The position numbers were made by a program, and so were the translations under genes. The notes beneath the pieces were generated by a model. The model made no database searches. It was not told the DNA's origin and worked only from the letters and a program-made list of their open reading frames with translations. A stretch of 64,000 nt of DNA from Antedon mediterranea (taxonomy: Eukaryota > Animalia > Echinodermata): assembly GCF_964355755.1 (NCBI RefSeq), contig NC_092680.1, forward strand, positions 15,571,045-15,635,044, written 5' to 3'. Positions 50,626-62,149 of the stretch are shown piece after piece. The first letter of the stretch is position 1. Each line of letters begins with the position of its first letter.

Positions 50626-52081
50626 ATGTCTACACGAACATGTCAGCATTTCGACGTTCATCAACATTCGCCTAGAAAACCATTGAACGTTGATAAAGAA
50701 TGCCCATCTAAAGCCTTTACGATTCGATCGAAAGGTGAGAGGATCCGACCGCCTCCGTCAGCGGGAGCATTTAGAGAGAATCCTGCCCCGCCATCAGGGT
50801 TCCGTTATTTCTACGACAGAGGTGATTTCCCTGTAAGCATATTACATAATGCTACGATAAAGGTGGCCTGGCAGGTAAGATTTGTTTTATCCTATTTAAA
50901 TAATAATAATGATATAAGCCTACTCATTGCTATATTGACTATCACTTATGCTTTATACTTGGTCATTTATTCGATGCATTCCAAGATAATTTGAACGATT
51001 TTAACTTTCGGACGGATGGATCACTTTTATTTCTGAACGTAATTGTCCTTTAAAAACAAACTGAGGCTACAAACTACGACAGATATCAAATCAATGTCTG
51101 TCACCATATCTAATGAAATATACGGTAATACATTATACAAATATAATATGATAAATAATTAATAGTGTTTTACTTTTTTATAGTGATGATAATTTATGTT
51201 GTGGCGATGTATTTTGTTGGCTAGCTCACTAGTAAATCTGTTATGTTACATGCTGACAAACGTGTCACCAAATAACACATTTCAGAATTATAGAGATTCA
51301 CTTTACAATTGCAACAGTTAGGCATATTGTTAGATGGAAACATTTGACTAAAATGAAGGGAATTTTTCCGTGGTTATACAACTAGTTAATTTATTAGAAA
51401 TTCAATAGCATTCGACACTATAGCAATACAAATATATCAATATTCTATTCATAAGAAAAAAAAGGTACGTAGACAATGGTACTATAATGATAATAATGAT
51501 AACAACCAGGTTAATGGTGTGTCCAGAGAGAGAAATAAAAGTTCTAATTTAATCATTCATTAATTTATTTATTCATGCGCTTATTCTCATTTCAGGTTGA
51601 GATAGAAAAACTAGATTTTCATCATTATCTTCCTCTTTTCTTTGACGGGTTATCAGAAACAAAGCATCCCTACCAGTTTTTAGCTCGACAGGGTATACAC
51701 GATATGCTGACCCATGGTGGCTACAAGGTCCTCCCAGTTATCCCTCAACTCATCTTACCATTAAAGAAAGCTCTGATGACTAAGAACAAAGACATCATAT
51801 GTGCTACGTTGAAGGTTATTCAGGATTTGGTAGTGAGCCATGAGCTAGCAGGGGAGGCACTAATACCGTACTACCGGCAGCTGCTACCCGTCATGAACCT
51901 ATTCAAGAATACGAACAACAACCTAGGTGATGGTATCGAGTACGACCAATGGAAAGGATGCAACGTTGGTGATATGGTGAACGCTACGCTAGAGCTACTA
52001 GAGAGACGAGGCGGGCAGGACGCATACATAAATATCAAATATATGGTACCGACGTATGAATCATGTGTATTGACATATTAA
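50626..52081 (+). CDS. PACRG: Parkin co-regulated gene protein homolog (axonemal inner-junction protein), ~244 aa, 2 coding exons
   Basis: Exon 50626-50874 (PPSAGAFRE...FYDRGDFP...KVAWQ|GTAAG) joins in phase 0 to 51596-52081 ([19 protein letters not shown]...[10 protein letters not shown]...[13 protein letters not shown]). It may be a diverged paralog. Confidence 0.92.
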
Positions 52082-52417
52082 TGTTATTGTATGCCCTATT
52101 TTATGTTCTGAGTCTATGATGTTAATAAGTAAGGTCAAATCTGTTGGGGGAAAACCCCAATTATAAGTCTTTTATGAAATTTACTTTCATAATTTATTTA
52201 TAATACACTTCCATTGGTCTATTATCAATAGATAAACGTAACTTTGTTTAAGTGAGTGATTTTTATTTAGTCAGTTTCAGGAAAACATATAAGCAATTTA
52301 AAAATTAATGACTGTTTATTGATTTGGCCATTTCTTATAAATAGGAAAAAACGTCCTGAAAATGTTTTACTTATAAGCCCTGTTTTAATACTATCTCAAT
52401 TTAAGCAAAAAGATTAA

Positions 52418-52657
52418 AGATGTATTGTCCCCCCCCCCCCACCCCAAATGAAGATTAATAAAATGAGACTTTAACTAGGCCATTTTGCAGTTTTAATAAA
52501 ATTATTCATTTCTGTAAAAAAAAAAAAAAAATTATTTCACTTATAAAAAGACAAATAAACGTTTAATTTTAGCCAAAAACCATTGTCATTAAGTATTTTT
52601 TTTGCTTTGAATTGTATTTTATTCAGGTCAATATTTTTTTAGAGGGACAATATATCT
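52418..52657. mobile_element. Kolobok-like MITE with TTAA TSD
   Basis: TTAA|AGATGTATTGTCCC ... GGGACAATATATCT|TTAA; degraded relatives near 25970-26290 and 30040-30240. Confidence 0.7.
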
Positions 52658-53691
52658 TTAATAAATACCAACAGTTTTGTTTTTTTTTTAATTACACTAC
52701 GCCTAATATCCTAATAAGGTTGTACTAATATGATCATCACTAGAATTGTATTCAAACTCTACCAAAATGAGCCATTAGAACAAGAGTCGAGCGTATTTTT
52801 TTTCATACAGTTTCAAACGATAACTTTACTGTATAATGATACATTAATTTATTAAGATAGATTTATAGATAATTAAGATAACGTGCAATCTAAGTTGTAT
52901 TTCATATGCTTGCTGTAAACAGAGCTTTTTACGCGCACGATAAATACGAAATAATTAAACATACCATGTTTAGTATACTAGTTATAAAAAAAAGATCTAA
53001 AATAGATGTTCATATAGAGCTTTACCATGAATAATTGTATATAAGTATGACCCAGATAATAATAATACAACTGCATATTTAATATGTTACTATATAGTGT
53101 AATGTAATAAGCCTGGGATTAAATGGCCACCTATCCCACTATGACTGGATGAAGAAATAAAGCATATCAGTAGAATAACTGATCAGTCTTAAATTATGTT
53201 GTGTTTGGTATTTTAGTTTGTCAAAATAAAATGAACCCAAAACCGATTTGAGGCTAATTTGTGCATGACAGAAGCAAGCAAGATGCTATAGATAGTGATT
53301 GTTGTAAATAGATAGTGATCATGTATGTGTATGCATCATGACGACAGTTGACTATATACTAAATGCATTTATGACGGTAGGAATCGCAAAATTGCTTACC
53401 TATTTCCTATTATCTTTCTTTCAAATTAGAAAAAAACAAATATTTTCCATTTATTAAAAAAAAAAAAAAAAAAATACGTAGAAATCAAACCCAAGGTGAG
53501 CTCATTCTCAAAAACAGAGCATTAATTGCCCGTTACACCACAGAGTACGTGACTGAACGTACATCTGTTCAGTCTATTTATATGCTTTCACATTACGTAA
53601 TTCATCGTTACGTCATAAATATGCATATTCATATTAACTTCTTTTTGAGGAAACAAACCAGTATTACCATGGTCGTCGTTATAAAGAAGAC

Positions 53692-53759
53692 GATCGGTTA
53701 ACTCAGTCGACTAAGCGTCGTGTTTCAACACGAGTCATGTACGAATCCCATGCTGGTCA
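53692..53759 (+). pseudogene. tRNA-like SINE head or pseudo-tRNA
   Basis: Acceptor-like GATCGGT/GCTGGTC, A-box-like TAACTCAGTCGA, stem TCGTG/CACGA, and a damaged B box (GTACGAATCCC). Confidence 0.45.
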
Positions 53760-55817
53760 GAACGTTCAACAATTGAAGCTCATTCCTCCATTTTTAAAAC
53801 TATGCGACCTACTGTATTATGGGTTCACAGAATAATACGTCCCTTTCCACCACATATGAGGCGGAACATCAATGCATCTGATGTCGTGGAACCGACCTCA
53901 ATGATGTGGAAGGGCCTTAGTGCTGAGGCAGGGAGAGTATCATAACATTTTTTTTTGTGGCTTCTTACGCCAGCATCTGTATTTGATCTCGTAACTGTGT
54001 ATATTTAGCGCCCTCGAATGTAGGAGCACTCGTTATGTAAGAAAATTATGAATAAATAGAACATTTTAGCGTCCAAGTGGGACGTAGGCCCTACCTGACC
54101 GACGTTAACAAGTTTATTGAGTATTAGGATTACGAGGTTTTATAGTAGGCCTATAATAAAGAGTGTAGTATGATTCTTCCCTGGTTAGGTCTATTGCTAT
54201 TGGAATCCACTATTCCACTACTGATAATCTTCCTGCCAACACCACCTGTCATTCTTTATTTAAAATAATATATTCGTTTTATTCGAATAACAGCTCTGGT
54301 TAATGCATTTTGTGTATAAATGGTTATTGTGAAAGCGTATACAGTATAAATAAAATAATTTTTTAAAATAGCATTTTCGTTTGTCTGAACTGAAGATTGC
54401 GTTGTAAAAAAAATCTGAATACAACAGCACTGCTACTGGTGACGTATCAAAACGTCACGACGGTAAGTTATTCCAAAAAGATATAGCTATTTGTATGAAC
54501 ACAGTAAGCATACACAAAAACATAATTAAATGAACAAATAAATTGAATCTTTATTTTAACTGCACAATGTATAGACATTTCAGTTTCAATAGTTCAACAA
54601 GTAGAACAATTACATTCACACAAAGCGCTCAAAAATCGTCAAAATCCTTACGTGATTTATAATTAATTACATTATAGACTTGCAATTTATATCCGTGTCT
54701 AATTGAGAACAGGTAAGGATTTTTAACTTACGCCTAAAAGTACATATTAATCAAAATAGCTTGTTTTTCTTTATAAAAAAATATATGCAATAATTCGAAC
54801 CCAACATTTTCCACTATTTAAAAATAAATCAACATTCCCGTTAACTCTGGATACATTAACTTTGTGTTCCCTACAATTACAGAAGATTATTGTTGTATTG
54901 TATTGTAGGCCGCACATTAATTAACTAAATGAGACACAGTCAAATAGTGGTAAAAAACATGGGCAGGGAAGAGTGGAGGGTAGAGGCATTCTTAATGCTA
55001 CTGGCGGTTAAATATAGGGCATGCTAGTTTCCATCCCTCACAATGGCATTGAAACAGTATCAGCCAAATGCGAGTGGTTAATTACATATCTGTTTTACAC
55101 CTCATACACTCGGTTTCGAATTGAAGATTGAAGGTTAGGACTATTTATACAGGAGGTCGTTTTCCCACTTTTTCTGGTCAAGGGGAAAAGATTATTCTTT
55201 GCACTTGTCATTTATCCTTATTATGAGAGACAATATTTAGAGAGTTTGTTGTATAATAGGAGGTATTTCCATCATGCGAATTCTAACGACCTTTCTATTC
55301 TTATGCATTTTATAGCCATATAGGCCTAGTATAAATGACAACAATTGTAGTATTTTCTATAACATTAAAGTCACGTCATATCTGAGGAATAACATTTAGT
55401 GACAACCACAGTGTTAAATTGAATTGGATTACAATTTTTCATGAGATATATCTTTATTGCACAATATACAGGACACCTAGAATTGTGCAATTCTTTAATT
55501 GAGTCGAATTGTTTTATATTTTTTATTTCACCCAGTAGGCTAATATGATATTTTACTATTTTTATCCTTAATTTCCCAAGTCTCAAATGTCACATTACGC
55601 CACAATATACATATTAAAATTTTACAATTTTGTTACTTTATACAGTCAACCGGTATTCGAAATGACATAAAAATATCATGTGACGAATATTCTTCAACAT
55701 TCACATTGTCTAAACACCTTTAAAAAACTAGAAACAAAAAATCAATGTACGTTTTTACATTTAACAAAATATACATTAGGCCCTATATCATATTATTCTC
55801 ATTGGACTTGTTACATA

Positions 55818-58800
55818 TTACATATTGTTATCTTCGCGTAAAAACCTAAATACCCCCTCATTAATTACGTCAGCAACGTACACGTAGTTCCCGTCTGGCC
55901 CTACTGCGATGTCATGTGGCATTTGAAATCCCTGTTGGAAGAAGGAAAACAATTATTATTTATTATTAATTTTAAAATTATTACAGTATGAACTGTATTG
56001 CCTGATCATGGATGAGATTATCTTAAAAATAATAATTAACCATTAATTTGAATTTTACCGATATTAGAGAGCTTTCGCTATCTCAATCGGGAACGAGCCG
56101 CCGAGAAAGTAAGGGTTTTTTGAACGAGTACGAGATCGAGAACCGGTAATTCATGCTGGTTCTCGTTCCCGATCCGAGATAGCGAAAGCTCTCTATTAAT
56201 GTTTACTTTCAAAATGTTACTACATTTTAACATTATTCTATCGTGTAACAATTAAGAAATGCATTGGTTGACTTGATTGCACATAAACACAATATCGTGT
56301 TTTTAAATAAATTACGTTACGTTATTAGTAACATGAGAACTTTGTCACTAGCAATGAACCATCAAAAATCGAATGTATTGCATTTTTTAGATTTATTTTC
56401 AAAATTGGCGTCAGTTTCAATTTACTGACAATGTTGAAGCGTAAAAAATCGTGTGTCATTTTAAAATGAGAAAATAAAACAAAACGTTACTGGAAACAAA
56501 TAATGTGAGGAGTCAATATTCCTGGTTCTTGATAATATTATAGTATAGGTTGAAGGTGCACAAAAAAAAAACAAGTTCCCATGCTGCTACATAAACGAAG
56601 TGAATTTGAATCAGAAAACCAGGGTAACCACCCCACCCCCTCCCCACCCTACTCATTACGACAGATACCAGGTCATATGATCAATATTATGGTTGAATGT
56701 CAATATACTTTCATTTCTGTTTGGTTATATATATTTTTATTTTACGATATTTTAGTTAAGTTTAAATTGTAGGCCTATGGCTCAATTTTTGTCGCTAAGA
56801 GTTTTGTTCTAGTGCTATATCTCTCTTGCACCATTTAGTTGTGCATATGTGTTGGTTGTCGTTCTTTTGCAGATCTCTTTCATTAGTATATGGTATGAAT
56901 ATGATAGGGGCATAAGACATTATTATGTGCTCGTTTTTTTATTTGACATCATCCATTGTGTTTGGCCAGTCGACATTTTGGCCAACATGGTGAATTTCTT
57001 ACCTGTGGCGGTGCCCATGTTTCAAGTATTTCACCTGTTTGTATATCTAACGTGTATCCTTGTGTTGGAATCCTTTCTGACAGCCCATTTACTGCGTACA
57101 TAACATCTGATGGTAGAAACAAAATCATCTTTTTCAAATAATAGTATAACAACATTTAGGTTAGGACATCGATCGTCGTAATATTTAAAATAAGATAACT
57201 TTATTCGTCAACACGTAGAACTTATGTAGGCCTACTTTTAACCTAGCTATGAATTAAACGGTCAATATTGGGCGGGAAAAAAATTAGTTGTAATAGTTTT
57301 GTGGACTTCATTAAATCTCTTTCTTGAAGAAAAATAATCTTTATATAAAATTCAACAGAACACTCACCTAAAACCCTGTCGTACGCTATTGCGAAAACCT
57401 GGCCTCCAAATTCCCTCTTTTCTATTTCATGAATGAAGTCACCGGTTATCGTATTGAAGCATTGTATTCTTCCGTTCTCTCTGTCAGCGACGCAAATCAT
57501 CCGACGGGACTCGACAATAGCCAAACTATGAGGAATGTTGAAATTCGATTTTGCTAGGCCTAATTATAAAATAGGAAGAATTAATTATGTCTTCATTTTT
57601 ATTAATATATTAATGATAATGTGGAACATTTTTGTCGAGGTGACTTCCAAATTTCCTGTGCAAACACTATTTTGTTACTGTACAGTAATTCAGCTAAACA
57701 CAATTTAATTTTAAAACTTAAATGATTTTATTAAAACATCTGAGATTGTCAATATTCTTGCAGTCAGGTCTTCATCACATATTTATTATGTTTCAATATT
57801 TTGATTATTAAAAAAACTCATTAAAATGCGTCCCTGAAGTTCTACAGCCAGTTGTTTTAAATGACGCTTTCATTAATTCCCTTGATATATAATAATTTAT
57901 AACTAATTTTACCACCGGTACAGCACTGATGTGTAATGGGCATTTATTTTTTCATTAGGCAGGTTCATAACCTCTTATATTGCAAATAATTCATCATAAA
58001 TATCTATTATAGGCAACTGTTACCTTTATTATGTGCTTTGATCTCTTGAAGAAATGTCCCATTGGACGAAAACTTTAACACCCGTTTGTTGCAATAACTA
58101 TAAATAAAACATATTTTTAATAACTAAATTGATAACAAGGTTAATAATCTTTCTAATTTCGGTTCAACTTAGACTTAGAAGTTTATTTTTAATTCCATGT
58201 ACATATCGCATTCCCCTTTTTTTTAGTATCATGAAACCATATTTTAAATGTTCCTGATAGGAATCAATATGTAGATTGTTCACGCGATTTAAATAGGTAA
58301 TGATAATGATAATAATTTTCAAAGAACTATGAATGTGTTTTATTTGCTGAGTGATGTTTTGGTAATATTCTTAATAAACGTTATGTGGAGCCAACCAGGA
58401 AAGGAGGAACGAATAACATTAACAAGTAACCGACAGTACATACGTACTACTGTATAAGCTCCTTAACCACGTGAAGGGACACAATAATAATAACTTTCTT
58501 ACCCATCTGCTACGAAAACATTTCCAGTTGCTTTGTCGACAGCTACATCAGTGGGTTTACAGAAGTGATGGTGATCTTCTCCGGGAACAAAGGCTTCGCC
58601 TAATGTCATCTCGGTCTTAAATGTTTTACCAGAGACTTTGAAGACTTGGTGAAGTGCAACGTCAGTTAGCCAGAGGTCCCCATTGTAGTCACAAGTTAGA
58701 CCATGCGGCATATAGAATCTGATGTAAATTGAAGGGTACAATATTATTTACAGGTATAGCATGCAAATATACCGTGTGTAAAGATATGAAGTAAATTTGA

Positions 58801-61800
58801 GAATACTGTGACATTTCTTTCGTTATGCTACAACCGGACATGGTGTACCACAAAACTTGCTTTAAAGAAGTAAGAAGTAGGAAGAGGTAAACATTTTAAA
58901 AAAAGTAATAAAATTAAACAGAAGTATGAAATAAAAAGAAATAAGAAGATGTGATAAGAAATATTGATTAAAATGAAGTAAGAAGTATGAAGAAGTAAGA
59001 AGGAAGTAAGAAAAGTGTGAGAAGTAAAAATAGAAGAAAAAGTAAGAAGTAAGATGTAGGAAGAAGTGAGAAGAAAGAAATAGAAAGAAGAATAAAATGT
59101 AGTAAGAAGTAAGAAATAAGAAGTGAGAAGGAAAAGAATTAAGAAGGAAGAAATAAACAATAAGAAGTAAGAAGTAAGAAAAGTGGGGGAAGTAATAATA
59201 AGAAGAAGAAGTGAGAAGAGGTAACAAGGAAAAAGAAGTATAAAATGAAAATAAGAAGTAAGATGTAGGAAAGAGTGAGAAGAAGTAAGAAGTGAGAAGT
59301 AAAATGAATTAAGAAGAAGTAAAAAATAAGTATGAAGAATTTAGAAATATATAGAAGAAATAAAAGAAGTGAAAAGAAGTAAAAAAAATAAGGAGTGAGA
59401 AGTAGTAAAAAGAAATAAGAAGTAGGAAAATGTAAGAAATAAGAAGAAGTGAGAAAAAGTCAGAAGAATTAAGAAGCAGTTAGAAGATGTAAGCAGTAAG
59501 AAGAAGTAAGTAGTTAGAAGATGTAAGCAGTAAGAAGAAGTAAGTAGTTAGAAGATGTAAGCAGTAAGAAGAAGTAAGTAGTTAGAAGATGTAAGCAGTA
59601 AGAAGAAGTAAGTAGTTAGAAGATGTAAGCAGTAAGAAGAAGTAAGTAGTTAGAAGATGTAAGCAGTAAGAAGAAGTAAGTAGTTAGAAGATGTAAGCAG
59701 TAAGAAGAAGTAAGTAGTTAGAAGATGTAAGCAGTAAGAAGAAGTAAGTAGTTAGAAGATGTAAGCAGTAGTTAGAAGATGTAAGCAGTTAGAAGAAGTA
59801 AGTAGTTAGAAGATGTAAGCAGTAAGAAGAAGTAAGTAGTTAGAAGATGTAAGCAGTAAGAAGAAGTAAGTAGTTAGAAGATATAAGCAGTAAGAAGAAG
59901 TAAGTAGTTAGAAGATGTAAGCAGTAAGAAGAAGTAAGTAGTTAGAAGATGTAAGCAGTAAGAAGAAGTAAGTAGTTAGAAGATGTAAGCAGTAAGAAGA
60001 AGTAAGTAGTTAGAAGATGTAAGCAGTAAGAAGAAGTAAGTAGTTAGAAGATGTAAGCAGTAGTTAGAAGATGTAAGCAGTTAGAAGAAGTAAGTAGTTA
60101 GAAGATGTAAGCAGTAAGAAGAAGTAAGTAGTTAGAAGATGTAAGCAGTAAGAAGAAGTAAGTAGTTAGAAGATATAAGCAGTAAGAAGAAGTAAGTAGT
60201 TAGAAGATGTAAGCAGTAAGAAGAAGTAAGTAGTTAGAAGATGTAAGCAGTAAGAAGAAGTAAGTAGTTGGAAGATGTAAGCAGTAAGAAGAAGTAAGTA
60301 GTTAGAAGATGTAAGCAGTAAGAAGAAGTAAGTAGTTGGAAGATGTAAGCAGTAAGAAGAAGTAAGTAGTTAGAAGATGTAAGCAGTAAGAAGAAGTTAA
60401 TATTAAAATGAAGTAAACATTAAAAAAGAAATGAGAAGAATTAAAAATAATTAGGAAGAGGTAAAAAGAAGTGAGAAGTAAAAAAGAATTAAGAAGTAAG
60501 AAGAAGTAAGTAGTTAGAAGATGTAAGCAGTAAGAAGAAGTTAATATTAAAATGAAGTAAACATTAAAAAGAAATGAGAAGAATTAAAAATAATTAGGAA
60601 GAGGTAAAAGGAAGTGAGAAGTAAAAAAGAATTAAGAAGTAAGAAGAAGTAAGTAGTTGGAAGAAGTAAGCAGTAAGAAGAAGTTAATATTAAAATGAAG
60701 TAAACATTAAAAAAGAAATGAGAAGAATTAAGAAGTAAGAAGAAGTAAGTAGTTGGAAGAAGTAAGCAGTAAGAAGAAGTTAATATTAAAATGAAGTAAA
60801 CATTAAAAAAGAAATGAGAAGAATTAAGAAGTAAGAAGAAGTAAGTAGTTGGAAGAAGTAAGCAGTAAGAAGAAGTTAAAATTAAAATGAAGTAAACAAT
60901 AAAAAAATGAGAAGAATTAAAAATAATTAGGAAGAGGTAAAAAAAATTGAGAAGTAAAAAAGAATTAGGAAGTAAGAAATAAGTAGTTGGAAGAAGTAAG
61001 CAGTAAAAAGAAGTTAATATGAAAATGAAGTAAACAATAAAAAGAAATGAGAAGAATTACAAATAATTAGGAAGTTATAAGTAAGAATTAAGTAGTAAAA
61101 AAAAGAATTAATAATTAAGAAAGAAAAATTAAGTATAATAATTAATAATAATGTTAATACCTGTCAGCTCCTGCTTTCTCTTTAATATAACCACCTCGTT
61201 TGCTAAGTAGTAACAAGACGTCTGCCTCTATTGGTCCACGTTCATTGCCATTGATAAATATGTTATTTTCATCAAAGTCACTGTGAACGTCAATTATTAT
61301 TACCACATTAACACAAGACACTGGGTATACTCATTTTAACAATAAGCAAAATATTATTATTATCGAAATGGTTTTCTTTGCTTTTCGATTTCTTTCACCA
61401 TGTAGAAATGTTTCTCTTTTCAAATACGATTTCTCAATTAAAACATTAAAATACTATACAACTCTGAGGCGCAATCCAATATGTCATGCCTTAAATAAGT
61501 AGTGAGTGGAGCTTGGTGGTTAACGTTGTTGCCTTCCTATGCCAAGGTCCAGGGTTCAATCCTGGCCTAGTGTTACGGCTCTTTTAACTCCATTTCCTAA
61601 GCCTCAAATGAGACTTTATAAGCACGATAAATTAATAATAGTTTATCCATCCTGTAATTGGCGAGTTGCTCGCTGTTGGATGCGTATAAAATAAAGATCC
61701 GCATTAACCCACCAAAGCTCATTATTAAACTCTTTGAGTCTATTCAGTACTTTTATAATTTTAGAGCGAAAAATCTAAAAATAACCTACCTCAATTGCCA

Positions 61801-62149
61801 TGTCCTCTCTCCTCGATGAAACACAAAAACGTCACCAGTGTCTGGCTTAGCGTCAACTCCCGTTACTTGTCCAAGATTAACATTAGGGGCGGGCCACGTT
61901 AGGTCCTGGACCAATTCAGGGTCGTACCCCCAGGAACTTGAGTATGTTTCATCAAAACTCGTGCCTATTCTGTTATCTTGAAGGTTTAATTGCTGAGAAC
62001 TGTCGTCATAATCGTAAGTGGCGTCATAACTTTCGTCCTGCCATTTTATAGTTTCCAAAAGTCGTCCTAAATCGTTTAACTTTTCGTCACATAATGGATC
62101 AACAAACTGTGAATAGTACCTAGACAGGTAGTGTGCATCTGTTTCGGTG
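55818..62149 (-). CDS. Peptidyl-alpha-hydroxyglycine alpha-amidating lyase (PAL), apparently monofunctional and soluble; 5' exon(s) not located
   Basis: Seven phase-compatible exons: 62149-61790, 61280-61161, 58718-58503, 58097-58024, 57559-57368, 57106-57003, 55931-55818. Motifs LGQVTGV, VFHRG, FYMPHG, FCKPTDVAV, DGYCN, IPHS, ADRENGRIQC, MPHD; ends ...EDNNM* with no TM segment. Confidence 0.92.
56066..56194. mobile_element. Harbinger-like MITE with 3-bp TSD (ATT)
   Basis: TIR AGAGAGCTTTCGCTATCTC...ATCGGGAACGAG / CTCGTTCCCGAT...GAGATAGCGAAAGCTCTCT; ATT on both sides. Confidence 0.8.
58862..61140. repeat. Purine-rich hierarchical satellite in a PAL intron (AGAAGTA-like seed; 34-bp core array ~59475-60395; 96/143/144-bp units ~60361-61060)
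   Basis: Unit AGTAAGTAGTTAGAAGATGTAAGCAGTAAGAAGA, with variants recurring at a 292-bp spacing. Confidence 0.95.
61505..61720 (+). mobile_element. tRNA-derived SINE (second family)
   Basis: A-box-like GCTTGGTGGTTAA; B box GGTTCAATCC within the stem CCAGG/CCTGG; non-tRNA body follows. Confidence 0.5.

Noticed and set aside
53692-53759. tRNA-like fold with TCA in the loop (possible Sec or opal-suppressor tRNA)
   Set aside because: The loop is 6 nt, the T-arm/B box is damaged and there is no long variable arm; it is better explained as a SINE head or pseudogene.
58828-59227. Hydrophobic ORFs (110 and 121 aa) on the minus strand
   Set aside because: They are translations of the low-complexity pyrimidine-rich satellite inside a PAL intron.
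59475-60395. 34-bp repeats resembling a CRISPR array in unit length
   Set aside because: The units are contiguous with no unique spacers, there are no cas genes, and the context is a eukaryotic intron.
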